64,000 nucleotides of DNA from IMG/VR virus record IMGVR_UViG_3300042935_001404. One strand, given 5' to 3'. Shown here in pieces: positions 1 through 8,828 of this stretch. The DNA is from a virus (lineage: Duplodnaviria; Caudoviricetes). A program made the position numbers and the translations under genes. The notes beneath the pieces were generated by a model. It was not told where the DNA came from and did not search any database. It saw only the letters and a list, made by a program, of their open reading frames with translations. Position 1 is the stretch's first letter, and each line of letters opens with the position of its first letter.

Positions 1-2
1 CC

Positions 3-1628
3 GTTTCCGGTGCTCCGCAACCTACTCCTGCAAGCCGATCATTGCAGCCAGCCATTAATGCCAAACAAGCTGAACTTGAACAATTTACCCGAGACAATCC
101 CAGCGACTTTGCTAGAAAAAAAGCAGGTAATCCGCCTCTCAGTCCTGAAGAAAACCAACAACGAACAGAAAAACTTGCCGCCCTGAAGGCCGAAAAGGAA
201 GCTCTTGTACGCAAACAAGAAAATGCCGAAGCACCCGGCACACCCACAGTCACCACAGTTCCAAACACAACCACTACAACTACCACAACCACCTCAGGAA
301 CTACCGCAGTAGATACTGCTGTGCAGTCGCCAGGTGGATCAGACCCTGTTATAAATCAACAAACTGACACAGCCCTGGGAGTCACAGTTGGCGCCTCTAA
401 TGTTCAGACAGCTCCAGTTGCAGTTGGAGATGAAGCACTGCAAGCCACAGAAGATGCACAGGCAGCGGCCTTGGCCGAACAAGAAGGCCGCGCATTTGCA
501 CCAGCACCAGTGTCAGGTGACGAAGCAATAGATGCAGCTAACGAAGCCGAGTTAGCACAACTGCGTGAAGCAGAAGGTGCGGCAATTTTTGCACCTAATC
601 CTGTGTTGGGCTCAGGTGATGAAGCAATAGATGCAGCCAACGAAGCTGAACTGGCACAGATACGTGAAGCAGAAGGTGCGGCAATTTTTGCACCAGACCC
701 GTTGCCAGCGGCAACTCCTTCCCCAGATTTTGCCGCCAACCCCGATGAAGAAGCCGAACGTGACAATCTCAATGCTGCCATAAAACAAGGCACCTTGGAC
801 AAGGCACGGGCACAGAATACCATTGCTAACCAGCGCAGAAATCCCAACAACGGTGATTGGCGTGTGAAACTAAGACTGGCACCCGGTGCTGATTATTTGT
901 ACAACGCCCCTGAACCTGGAATATTAAATCCTTTAAAAGGAACAGGGATAATATTTCCTTATACACCCACTATTAGCACTTCGTACAAAGCCACCTATTC
1001 AAGTTATGACCTCACACATTCAAACTACAAAGGCTACTACTATCAAAGCAGTTCAGTTGAGCCCGTTACACTGAGTTGCCCATTTACAGCACAAAGCACA
1101 GTGGAAGCTGAGTACTTGTTGGCAGTGATACACTTTTTCAAATCAGTGACAAAAATGTTCTATGGTCAAGATCCTCAACGTGGCACACCGCCGCCCCTGG
1201 TGTATCTCACCGGCCTGGGTGAATTTCAATTCAATGAGCATCCCTGTGTGGTGCAGTCGTTTACTTACGACCTGCCTGTGGATGTGGACTATATACGTGC
1301 TCGAAGTCCCAACGTCAACAACAGTAACATGCTTAACAAACGTCAAAGTGGCAATCCCACAGGTCCAGGTACAACCTTTGGTGGCGGCATACTAGGAAAT
1401 GTCTTAGGTGGAGCCATCAATCGCTTGGCCAATGCCGGATTACCCAAAGGCGGAATGAGCAAACCACCTGCGCCTGCATCATTTGGTCAAAATACTCCAA
1501 CCTATGTGCCGACCAAAATGACCATAGCCATATCACTGCTGCCGGTTCAAAGCCGCAAGCAACAAAGCCAGCAGTTCAGCCTAAGACAATATGCCAATGG
1601 TGACCTACTCAAAGGAGGATTCTGGTAA
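3..1628 (+). CDS. Baseplate/tail-tube initiator-like protein (CIS tube / gp48-gp54-like C-terminal domain) with low-complexity N-terminal region; 5'-truncated by window edge
   Basis: The frame is open from position 3. The C-terminal domain FPYTPTI...SCPFTAQS...PPPLVYLTGLGEFQFNEHPCVVQSFTYDLP resembles tube-initiator proteins, and the gene lies directly before a gp53-like gene. Confidence 0.6.
   Translation, partial: VSGAPQPTPASRSLQPAINAKQAELEQFTRDNPSDFARKKAGNPPLSPEENQQRTEKLAALKAEKEALVRKQENAEAPGTPTVTTVPNTTTTTTTTTSGTTAVDTAVQSPGGSDPVINQQTDTALGVTVGASNVQTAPVAVGDEALQATEDAQAAALAEQEGRAFAPAPVSGDEAIDAANEAELAQLREAEGAAIFAPNPVLGSGDEAIDAANEAELAQIREAEGAAIFAPDPLPAATPSPDFAANPDEEAERDNLNAAIKQGTLDKARAQNTIANQRRNPNNGDWRVKLRLAPGADYLYNAPEPGILNPLKGTGIIFPYTPTISTSYKATYSSYDLTHSNYKGYYYQSSSVEPVTLSCPFTAQSTVEAEYLLAVIHFFKSVTKMFYGQDPQRGTPPPLVYLTGLGEFQFNEHPCVVQSFTYDLPVDVDYIRARSPNVNNSNMLNKRQSGNPTGPGTTFGGGILGNVLGGAINRLANAGLPKGGMSKPPAPASFGQNTPTYVPTKMTIAISLLPVQSRKQQSQQFSLRQYANGDLLKGGFW
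421..700 (+). repeat. Intragenic tandem repeat, 99-bp (33-aa) period: two near-identical copies plus one degenerate copy
   Basis: SGDEAIDAANEAELAQ(L/I)REAEGAAIFAP starts at 513 and 612; a degenerate VGDEALQATEDAQAAALAEQEGRAFAP lies upstream. Confidence 0.85.
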
Positions 1629-1927
1629 TGGCAACTTATAATGCAACCAGTCCGTACTATACCACAGGATACAGTCAGTTCTTTTTGGATGCCATGGTCA
1701 ATAGACCAATACCCAGCCAGAGCGATGACTTGCCATTCACAATCAATCAAACATATCAGTATCGTCCAGACCTGTTGGCATTTGACCTGTACGACAATGG
1801 CGGACTGTGGTGGGTGTTTTATCAACGCAATCCCAACACACTGACAAAACCACCTTTGGATTTTAAAATCAATACGTTTATCTACGTGCCCAAGTTGAGC
1901 ACACTGCGTTCAGTACTGGGGTTTTAA
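1628..1927 (+). CDS. Baseplate wedge subunit, T4 gp53-like (LysM-like)
   Basis: Motif YQYRPDLLAFDLYDNGGLWWVF; TAATG coupling with the upstream gene. Confidence 0.8.
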   Translation: MATYNATSPYYTTGYSQFFLDAMVNRPIPSQSDDLPFTINQTYQYRPDLLAFDLYDNGGLWWVFYQRNPNTLTKPPLDFKINTFIYVPKLSTLRSVLGF

Positions 1928-1930
1928 ACG

Positions 1931-3391
1931 ATGGCAACAGTAGCAGAATTAGATGCACGTTGGGAAGCACAATATCAGATAGTGCTGGCATTGCGGCGAG
2001 AACTCACTGCTGCTCAAGCAGCCGTTGCACAATCTGCTGCCTATCAAAATGGCACAGAAGCCGAACGAGTGGCATTGGGTCAAGTTGGCGCAGTAGAAGC
2101 GGCCAGACTGGCGTTTAACGCAGAAAATCAAAAACTTACTGCATTAAAAAAAGAACTTGATGCTGCCGTGGCTGCTGAAGCCGCTGAAAAAGAAGCAACC
2201 ACATCGCCAACAACATCTGCGGCCACTGATGTTGCCAACAGTGCCGCTGGTGCTACACAGAATCCTGCACCGGCTCCGGCCAGTGCCGGACGACTCACAA
2301 CTACTGAAGCTGCCACCTTGGCACAGAATACAGAAACAGGAACCAACCCTCCTGTAAAGACTCTAACAGAAACACAGAGTGTTCCGCCAGCCAACACCGG
2401 TAACGAGACTGAAGGACGGCCAGGCGGAGCACCGGGTGTGGGCGCCAAGGGCGAAGATGGATCAACCGCGGCAAACACCAAACAAATTATAGCGGCCACA
2501 CAGGCCAACCAATCAGCATTTGCCCCAAGAGATAATGTATTGGATCAATACGCCAGTTATACCTACAACATTGGGTGGTATCTACTGACACCTGAACAAT
2601 ACACTGCTTTGCAAAAAACCAGTAAAATAACAATAAGTCAATATAATTTATTGATTCAAAGTGGAGGTGCACCGTCAACTGTTGAAGGAGTACAACCTGA
2701 ATTAACAACCGGCGGCGCAGTGGCCGGAGTTTCGCAGTCTGCTGGTCGCAACCCATTCTTTGGCCTAGATTACTATTTTGATAACTTGGAAATAAAAAGT
2801 GTTATCACTGGCAAAGGAAGCAACAGCGCACACAATGCCGCAGAACTGAGTTTTACAGTGACTGAAACTGCAGCCATAACACTGATTGACAATCTCTGGA
2901 AAGCAGTGAAGGGCGCATACAAAGATTCCAAGATACCATATTCGGCCGCAATATATGCACTGGTCATACGATTTTACGGCTACGACGAAAATGGAAAAAT
3001 TGTTCAAGCCAGCGACTCTGACAACAAAAATGCTGTTGTTGAAAAAATCATACCGTTCAAGTTGGCTGACATTGACTTTACAGTGTCTAACAAGTTGATT
3101 GAGTATCACGTTAAAGGAGTTGCTGTTCCATACACAGTGGGATTTGGAACAAACTTAGGCGTGATCAAATCAAATATTGAAATTTCAGGTGCCACTGTAA
3201 AAGATTTATTAACCAAAGGAGTTGTAGTGGCCGAAGTATCACCAGCCGACGGAAGAAAACCAACTCCAACGCCTGCCAAGCCAGCCGCCCCAGCTGCCGC
3301 ATCAACCACAACACCTCAGACTCTGGTGATCACTGGCGAGGCTGGTCAAGATGTAGGTGCTGGAACTCTTGGCGATTACGTAGGAGCATAA
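1931..3391 (+). CDS. Baseplate hub protein, N-terminal half (gp27-like), with coiled-coil/low-complexity N-terminus
   Basis: Position between gp53-like and gp5-like genes; beta-rich domain NVLDQYASYTYNI...ELSFTVTE...EKIIPFKLADIDFTV. Confidence 0.55.
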   Translation: MATVAELDARWEAQYQIVLALRRELTAAQAAVAQSAAYQNGTEAERVALGQVGAVEAARLAFNAENQKLTALKKELDAAVAAEAAEKEATTSPTTSAATDVANSAAGATQNPAPAPASAGRLTTTEAATLAQNTETGTNPPVKTLTETQSVPPANTGNETEGRPGGAPGVGAKGEDGSTAANTKQIIAATQANQSAFAPRDNVLDQYASYTYNIGWYLLTPEQYTALQKTSKITISQYNLLIQSGGAPSTVEGVQPELTTGGAVAGVSQSAGRNPFFGLDYYFDNLEIKSVITGKGSNSAHNAAELSFTVTETAAITLIDNLWKAVKGAYKDSKIPYSAAIYALVIRFYGYDENGKIVQASDSDNKNAVVEKIIPFKLADIDFTVSNKLIEYHVKGVAVPYTVGFGTNLGVIKSNIEISGATVKDLLTKGVVVAEVSPADGRKPTPTPAKPAAPAAASTTTPQTLVITGEAGQDVGAGTLGDYVGA

Positions 3392-3392
3392 C

Positions 3393-5075
3393 ATGGCAAC
3401 ACAAGCAAGCGTACGAAGTATTGATAATGCCATAGATGCCAGCACTCCAGCCGCGGCAGCACCGCCCAAGGCCAACGCGGCTCCTAGCGTCAGCAAAAAT
3501 ATTGCAGTTGGCCTAATAGAAGCACTAAACAACACAGAAGCCGAGTTGGTAAAAAAAGGTGTGTGGGAAGTAGCGAACAAGTATAGCGTAGAATTTGCCC
3601 CAGCTGCACTTGGCGACGCCCGTGTTACCAAAGGTGGAAAGCCCAACAAAGCCAAAGTTCCAATGCAACAGGCAAAAAATCCTGCAGACAAAGTGAACCC
3701 TGCAAGCAACTCTGCTGATTACGATGTTAGAACATTTGACTTTCGTGCTGGCACACCAGTTGTGGTTATCCTCAATGAAATATTAAAAAACAGCACGTAC
3801 ATTGCTGATCAGGCAGCGTATATCAACGATGAAGTCACTACTGAAGTAAAACCTCAAAAACCCCTGGGTGACCTGGTGTGGTATAAAATTTCCGTGCGAA
3901 CCACACCAATAACTCCGTTTGATACCAAGCGCAATGATTTCGCTTATGATATCACCTATGTAATTTCTGCATATCCCATAAACAGTATGCAAAGTGAATA
4001 TTTTCCCAAAAGCAAAATCCGTGGACGCCACAAAAGTTACAAATACTGGTTCACTGGACAGAACACACAGGTTCTTAAATTTGAACAAAAGTTTAATAAG
4101 TTATATGCTACAACTTTCACCAATCCAAAAATCTTAACAGATACCAGGATACAAAACAACAGAGAATCACCACCACGAGAATTTCAGGCAGCAGTGGCTG
4201 GCAGCAGTAATCAAGGTGCTGAAGGTCAGGCCAACGCAGTGGGTGCATCAGCCGCTGATTACCTGTACAGCAAAACAGACATTGCCAACTGTGAGTTAAC
4301 TATTGTTGGCGATCCGGCCTGGCTACAACAGGGCGAAGCTGCCACAGGAATCAGTTCAACAAATTATAATTTTAATCCGTTCAATGCTGACGGCTCAATT
4401 AACTTTGACGCTCAAGAAATTATTTTTGACCTACAATGGAATCCAGGTGTAGATTATGATTTGACAGGCACTGGATTGGCAAACCCCAATGTTTCTAGCG
4501 CACCACAGGCCATTTATACATACAAAGCATCACACTGTGTTAGCAAATTCAGCAGAGGTAAATTTGAACAAAATCTCAAAGGCGTGTTCATTGATCTATT
4601 AGATCCAGCCGGTGCTGCCAAAGCCGCAACAGCGGCAGCAAAAGTAGAACGAGCCGATGTGGCCGAAAGTGTGTTTGATCCTGGGGTTCGTCCGGCAGCA
4701 TTGGAAAATGCAATCGCCACACCAGCACTGCCTGATCAAGCAGAACAAGCAGAACGTAATTACGCTGCCACAGTTCTTGCTAATACTCCAACTGAAACAT
4801 TAACCAATCCTCCACAAACAGTTAACCCAACACCAGAGCAGGTTGAGTCAACTACTGCGTATCAAAATGCACTGGCTGCAGGTGCAACACCAGAAGAGGC
4901 AGCGGTTGTATCACAACAAAGTCTAGGTGCCAACACAACATCACTTGAATCAACTGCCGCGTATCAAAATGCACTGGCCGCAGGTGCAACACCAGAAGAG
5001 GCACTGATTGTAGCACAACAAAGCATTGGGCCAGCCGGGACTGCTCCAATCCAACAAATTAATAGAGAAACATAA
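3393..5075 (+). CDS. Baseplate hub protein, C-terminal half (gp27-like)
   Basis: SD AGGAG at 3382-3386; motifs YKYWFTGQNTQVLKFEQKFN, ELTIVGDPAWL, SKFSRGKFEQNL; synteny before gp5-like gene. Confidence 0.55.
   Translation: MATQASVRSIDNAIDASTPAAAAPPKANAAPSVSKNIAVGLIEALNNTEAELVKKGVWEVANKYSVEFAPAALGDARVTKGGKPNKAKVPMQQAKNPADKVNPASNSADYDVRTFDFRAGTPVVVILNEILKNSTYIADQAAYINDEVTTEVKPQKPLGDLVWYKISVRTTPITPFDTKRNDFAYDITYVISAYPINSMQSEYFPKSKIRGRHKSYKYWFTGQNTQVLKFEQKFNKLYATTFTNPKILTDTRIQNNRESPPREFQAAVAGSSNQGAEGQANAVGASAADYLYSKTDIANCELTIVGDPAWLQQGEAATGISSTNYNFNPFNADGSINFDAQEIIFDLQWNPGVDYDLTGTGLANPNVSSAPQAIYTYKASHCVSKFSRGKFEQNLKGVFIDLLDPAGAAKAATAAAKVERADVAESVFDPGVRPAALENAIATPALPDQAEQAERNYAATVLANTPTETLTNPPQTVNPTPEQVESTTAYQNALAAGATPEEAAVVSQQSLGANTTSLESTAAYQNALAAGATPEEALIVAQQSIGPAGTAPIQQINRET
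4845..5030 (+). repeat. Intragenic tandem duplication, 102-bp (34-aa) period, two copies
   Basis: EST(T/A)AYQNALAAGATPEEA...QQS(L/I)G starts at 4845 and 4947. Confidence 0.85.
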
Positions 5076-6604
5076 TGTCAGATAATATTATTAGAAATGG
5101 TGGCACTGCCCAAAACTACAAACTTGATCGTGGCGGCACGCCAGCAGACTTTGGACCATTTGTTGGCGTAGTAAAAAATAATGTTGATCCTACTAGACAA
5201 GGTCGACTACAAGTCTACATTGAGCAGTTTGCTGGACCAGACCCAGAAGATAAAACACTATGGCGTACAGTGAGTTATTGTCCAGGGTTTTATGGATCTA
5301 CTCCACCGAGCCCTGGCAAAAAAGGCGACACCACCAGCGTTGGTGGATACCTTGACGGTAATCCACAAAGTTACGGCATGTGGTTCACTCCACCTGATGT
5401 TGGAGTCAGTGTACTGGTAGTGTTTGCTGGCGGCGACCCAAGTCTGGGATATTACATAGGTTGTATTCCCAACGCAGGCATAACGCATATGGTTCCTGCA
5501 ATTGGATCAAGCAAGGCGTTTGACCTGCAAAACAGTGATCAAAAAAGCTATTACAATGGCGCCACAGTGTTGCCGGTAACTGAAATCAATCCAAACAATT
5601 CTAAAATTGATGATAACCCACAGTTCTTTAACCAGCCAAAACCAGTACACAGTTTTCTAGCCGCAGAAATGTTCCAGCAAGGAACACTTGGCGATACACA
5701 ACGTGGACCTATTGGATCAACCAGTCAGCGAGAAAGTCCCAGTGCTGTGTTTGGAGTAAGCACTCCAGGCCGCCCAGTATACCAAGGCGGCCTAACCGAA
5801 TCTGACATTAAAAAACGTATTGCTGCCGGGTCGATTGCTGCCGCTGATGTCAACGTGATTGGCCGCAAAGGCGGACACAGCATTGTGCTTGACGATGGCA
5901 ACTTGGAAGGCGACGATCAACTGGTGCGAATTCGCACTGCTGGTGGACATCAAATCACCATGAGTGATGACGGCAACTTCTTTTACATCATACATGCCAA
6001 TGGCCAAGCGTGGTTAGAATTTGGACAAGAAGGCACAGTTGATGTGTATGCCACAAACTCAGTTAATGTCCGCACTCAAGGCACAATTAATCTACACGCA
6101 GACAAAGATATCAACATGTTTGCCGGCGGCACAATCAACATGAAAAGTATGACAGGCACAACGTTAGAAAGTGAACGAACAATAACCTTGGCCAGCAACA
6201 ATGAAATGACTCTTTACAGCAAGGCCCGTATTGGTGTACGTGCCGACGGCAGTCTCGCCGTGGTCAGCAACAATGGATCTTGGAACGCAGGTGGTGCAAT
6301 GGTATTGCGAGCCGGTGGAATTGATCTCAATGGCGGATCGGCTGAAAATGTAGAACCTCCTGTTAAATTAGAAAAACGCATAATGCCCGACACTGAATTC
6401 AACAATGCAACAGGTTGGCAAATATCGGCCACAGGATTAGAAAGCATTGTGACACGAGCTCCTACACACGAACCATGGCCATTCCACAATCAAGGTGTAG
6501 AAGTCGAAGTTGCCATGGAGGAAGGACAGCCGACTACTCCGCCAAACACTCCACCATTGCCATCAGGTTGGGCAGGAACAGTAACAGGTGCGTCAAATGG
6601 CTAA
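5075..6604 (+). CDS. Baseplate central spike, gp5/VgrG-like (OB-fold plus beta-helix, no T4 lysozyme domain evident)
   Basis: GVVKNNVDPTRQGRLQVYI and YGMWFTPPDVGVSVLVVF (gp5 OB-fold); C-terminal GHSIVLDD...RIRTAGGHQITMSD beta-helix repeats. Confidence 0.85.
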   Translation: MSDNIIRNGGTAQNYKLDRGGTPADFGPFVGVVKNNVDPTRQGRLQVYIEQFAGPDPEDKTLWRTVSYCPGFYGSTPPSPGKKGDTTSVGGYLDGNPQSYGMWFTPPDVGVSVLVVFAGGDPSLGYYIGCIPNAGITHMVPAIGSSKAFDLQNSDQKSYYNGATVLPVTEINPNNSKIDDNPQFFNQPKPVHSFLAAEMFQQGTLGDTQRGPIGSTSQRESPSAVFGVSTPGRPVYQGGLTESDIKKRIAAGSIAAADVNVIGRKGGHSIVLDDGNLEGDDQLVRIRTAGGHQITMSDDGNFFYIIHANGQAWLEFGQEGTVDVYATNSVNVRTQGTINLHADKDINMFAGGTINMKSMTGTTLESERTITLASNNEMTLYSKARIGVRADGSLAVVSNNGSWNAGGAMVLRAGGIDLNGGSAENVEPPVKLEKRIMPDTEFNNATGWQISATGLESIVTRAPTHEPWPFHNQGVEVEVAMEEGQPTTPPNTPPLPSGWAGTVTGASNG

Positions 6605-7127
6605 GTTTACATTTGCATTGCCAAACGGCCAATTTTTTACACTGGACGGCCCTGCAGGTGCTACACAAGCGCAAGCAGAAAAAATATATCTTGAACAGTT
6701 GGCTGCCGGTGCATTTATTGGGCTGAGATCAGGCGACCAGTTACAGCCAATTGAAACAACACTAATACAATTTACTCAATCTCGTCTTGATCGCGGCACA
6801 GCAGGTGTTCCAGATACGCCGTTGTTGGCAATTTATAATGGTGGCGTAATATCTTCGTTGCCTGTTCTTGCCAATGTGCCCATTAACAACGGCATCACAG
6901 TGGCAGACTATGTGGATCAATCAACTGTGACAGAAGGAATTGGCCCTCTTTCAACATCGCAAGTACAGGCAGTGATGGCAGCCGTTGCAGCCAGTGTGTG
7001 TCAACCTGCTGATGTAGTAACCGACGAACTAGGTGTTGGCAAGTATGGACTAAGTGCGCAACAGTTAGAAGACGCTGGGTATTTAAAATGCGGCACCACT
7101 GCTAGATTTTTAGGACAACAACAATGA
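6597..7127 (+). CDS. Baseplate-associated protein; C-terminus resembles the first half of a degenerate lysozyme-like domain
   Basis: ATG at 6597 overlaps the gp5-like stop; GVGKYGLSAQQLEDAGYLK motif at the C-terminus. Confidence 0.5.
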   Translation: MAKFTFALPNGQFFTLDGPAGATQAQAEKIYLEQLAAGAFIGLRSGDQLQPIETTLIQFTQSRLDRGTAGVPDTPLLAIYNGGVISSLPVLANVPINNGITVADYVDQSTVTEGIGPLSTSQVQAVMAAVAASVCQPADVVTDELGVGKYGLSAQQLEDAGYLKCGTTARFLGQQQ

Positions 7128-8392
7128 TTGGATTAACTGATGTATTGAAAAGTCCCAGCGTATGGACCGGCAAAGATGGAGTTGCCGGTGTTGTAGATTT
7201 GTTGAAAAATCCTCCACTACAAGATAAAATACAGTTTGGATTAATGAAGTCTAGTTTTGACACCTTGGTTAAAACTGGAGAAATTGTAACTCCTGGTACA
7301 GATTTAAAAGCACCAACTGGCTTGTTATACAATGCGGCTGCAAATGCCGGAAAAAGTTTGATATCTCCCACTGCTGGTCTAGTAGAAGTTCCTAAAGAAC
7401 TAGGTAGTCTAGCTTCTGGCAGTTTATCTAGTTTAACCGGCGGATTGGCCAATGCGTTAAAAGGAGCAGGAGTTGACTTGGCAACAGGAAAAATTCCTGC
7501 AGTAGAATCAGCATTTGCGTCAAACGGGATTTCTGGAGCCGTTGGAGCATTGTCTGGAGCATTATCAGGTGTCACCGGAGCTCTTGGCAGCACAGCCAGT
7601 AGTATCACTAGTAACTTAGGCAGCGTGTCGACATTGGCCAACAACGGAACAGCACAACTTGGTGGACTATTGGCCAATGCCAGTAAATATGGAGTTGGCA
7701 CAGCAGTTGAATGGGCTAAAACTACATCTGGAGCCACTGGTGCGATAGCAGGAATATCTGGCGCACTATCGGGTGTAACCAATGTATTGCCTGGAGACAT
7801 TGGTGGAGCAATTAAAAGTGCCACAGGCGCATTATCCGGCGCACTCGGTGGTGCCGCCGGAGCATTAACTGGCGCCGCCAGTAAATTAACATCTGGGTTA
7901 ACATCTAAAATGGATTCGTTGGCCAAACAAGGAGAGTTTGCAGTTAACTTCAGCGACACTAAATTGCCGGCGGCAGTGACTGGTATTGTTCCGGCCGCCG
8001 GATTTAAAGGAACCATTGATAGATCTACACTAAATGCGGCAACTGCTAAATTAATTGGCAGTGATAAAATATCATTGCCTGACTTTAGCCCGCAAGCACT
8101 TGACACATCTGCACTGACTGCTGCCGCAAGCAAGGCCAAAGGATTACTGGCAGGTGGATTAGATGCAGGTGGATTGCTGGCCAGGGCGTCCGGTGCTGGC
8201 GGGTTAGGCAGTATAACAGCGTCAATAAACGGTGCTGTAAGCAGTGCTACATCTGCATTGAGCAGTGTAACAGGCAGTGCAGTGAGCGGTGCGTTGGGTA
8301 AATTACCCTATGCAGGAACAGATTCAAACACATTACTAAGACTAGGACAATCGCCTGATCCATTGGCAGCAATCAAAGCTAGATTAGGGTAA
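7124..8392 (+). CDS. Gly/Ala/Ser-rich structural protein; N-terminus resembles the second half of the lysozyme-like domain
   Basis: ATGA overlap; SPSVWTGKDGV...LLKNPPLQD followed by GALSGALSGV-type low-complexity repeats. Confidence 0.5.
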   Translation: MIGLTDVLKSPSVWTGKDGVAGVVDLLKNPPLQDKIQFGLMKSSFDTLVKTGEIVTPGTDLKAPTGLLYNAAANAGKSLISPTAGLVEVPKELGSLASGSLSSLTGGLANALKGAGVDLATGKIPAVESAFASNGISGAVGALSGALSGVTGALGSTASSITSNLGSVSTLANNGTAQLGGLLANASKYGVGTAVEWAKTTSGATGAIAGISGALSGVTNVLPGDIGGAIKSATGALSGALGGAAGALTGAASKLTSGLTSKMDSLAKQGEFAVNFSDTKLPAAVTGIVPAAGFKGTIDRSTLNAATAKLIGSDKISLPDFSPQALDTSALTAAASKAKGLLAGGLDAGGLLARASGAGGLGSITASINGAVSSATSALSSVTGSAVSGALGKLPYAGTDSNTLLRLGQSPDPLAAIKARLG

Positions 8393-8395
8393 ATA
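8390..8395 (+). promoter_or_regulatory. T4-type late promoter core TAAATA, overlapping the upstream stop codon
   Basis: TAAATA lies 5 nt before the ATG at 8401. Confidence 0.6.
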
Positions 8396-8400
8396 TTACT

Positions 8401-8775
8401 ATGACAACATTTGTAGGATTTAACACAATCAACCAGCCAAAGAAGTTTACACTAGTAGACTTTGAATTGATCAAGCGTGACTTGTTGAATGCATTTAACA
8501 TACAGCAAGGGCAACTGGTTGGACGTCCTGGTTACGGCACAGTGATCTGGAGTTACCTGTTTGAAAATCAAACACAAGATACTGAGCGAGCAATCCTGGC
8601 AGAAATACAACGTGTGGCCGGACTAGATCCAAGAATCTATATTGAATCTGCTGAACTATTCCCACAGGACAACGGCATACTCATACAACTTGCAGTAAAC
8701 ACAGTGCCTGGTCAAACAACACAGTTCTTGTCATTGTTTTTTGATCAGCAAAATCAAACTGCGGGCTACGTGTAA
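8401..8775 (+). CDS. Baseplate wedge subunit, gp25/GPW-like
   Basis: ELIKRDLLNAFNIQQGQLVGRPGYGTVIWSYLFE...DPRI motif, size 124 aa, position before gp6-like gene. Confidence 0.85.
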   Translation: MTTFVGFNTINQPKKFTLVDFELIKRDLLNAFNIQQGQLVGRPGYGTVIWSYLFENQTQDTERAILAEIQRVAGLDPRIYIESAELFPQDNGILIQLAVNTVPGQTTQFLSLFFDQQNQTAGYV

Positions 8776-8802
8776 ACATAAACTGGGTGGTTTATTTTCG
8801 CC

Positions 8803-8809
8803 ATAAATA
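8803..8809 (+). promoter_or_regulatory. T4-type late promoter core ATAAATA, preceded by a small ATAAAC/GTTTAT hairpin
   Basis: Intergenic, about 20 nt upstream of the gp6-like ATG. Confidence 0.6.
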
Positions 8810-8828
8810 ATCTACAAGATGGATTATT

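Noticed and set aside
404-850. 148-aa antisense ORF over the acidic repeats
   Set aside because: Mirror of the + strand repeats; no independent coding signal.
3381-3395. Programmed +1 frameshift joining the two hub ORFs
   Set aside because: No shifty motif is evident and a good AGGAG SD supports independent initiation.
7102-8139. 345-aa antisense ORF opposite the Gly/Ala-rich structural gene
   Set aside because: Shadow of GCN/GGN-rich codons on the + strand; low-complexity product with no SD or promoter support.
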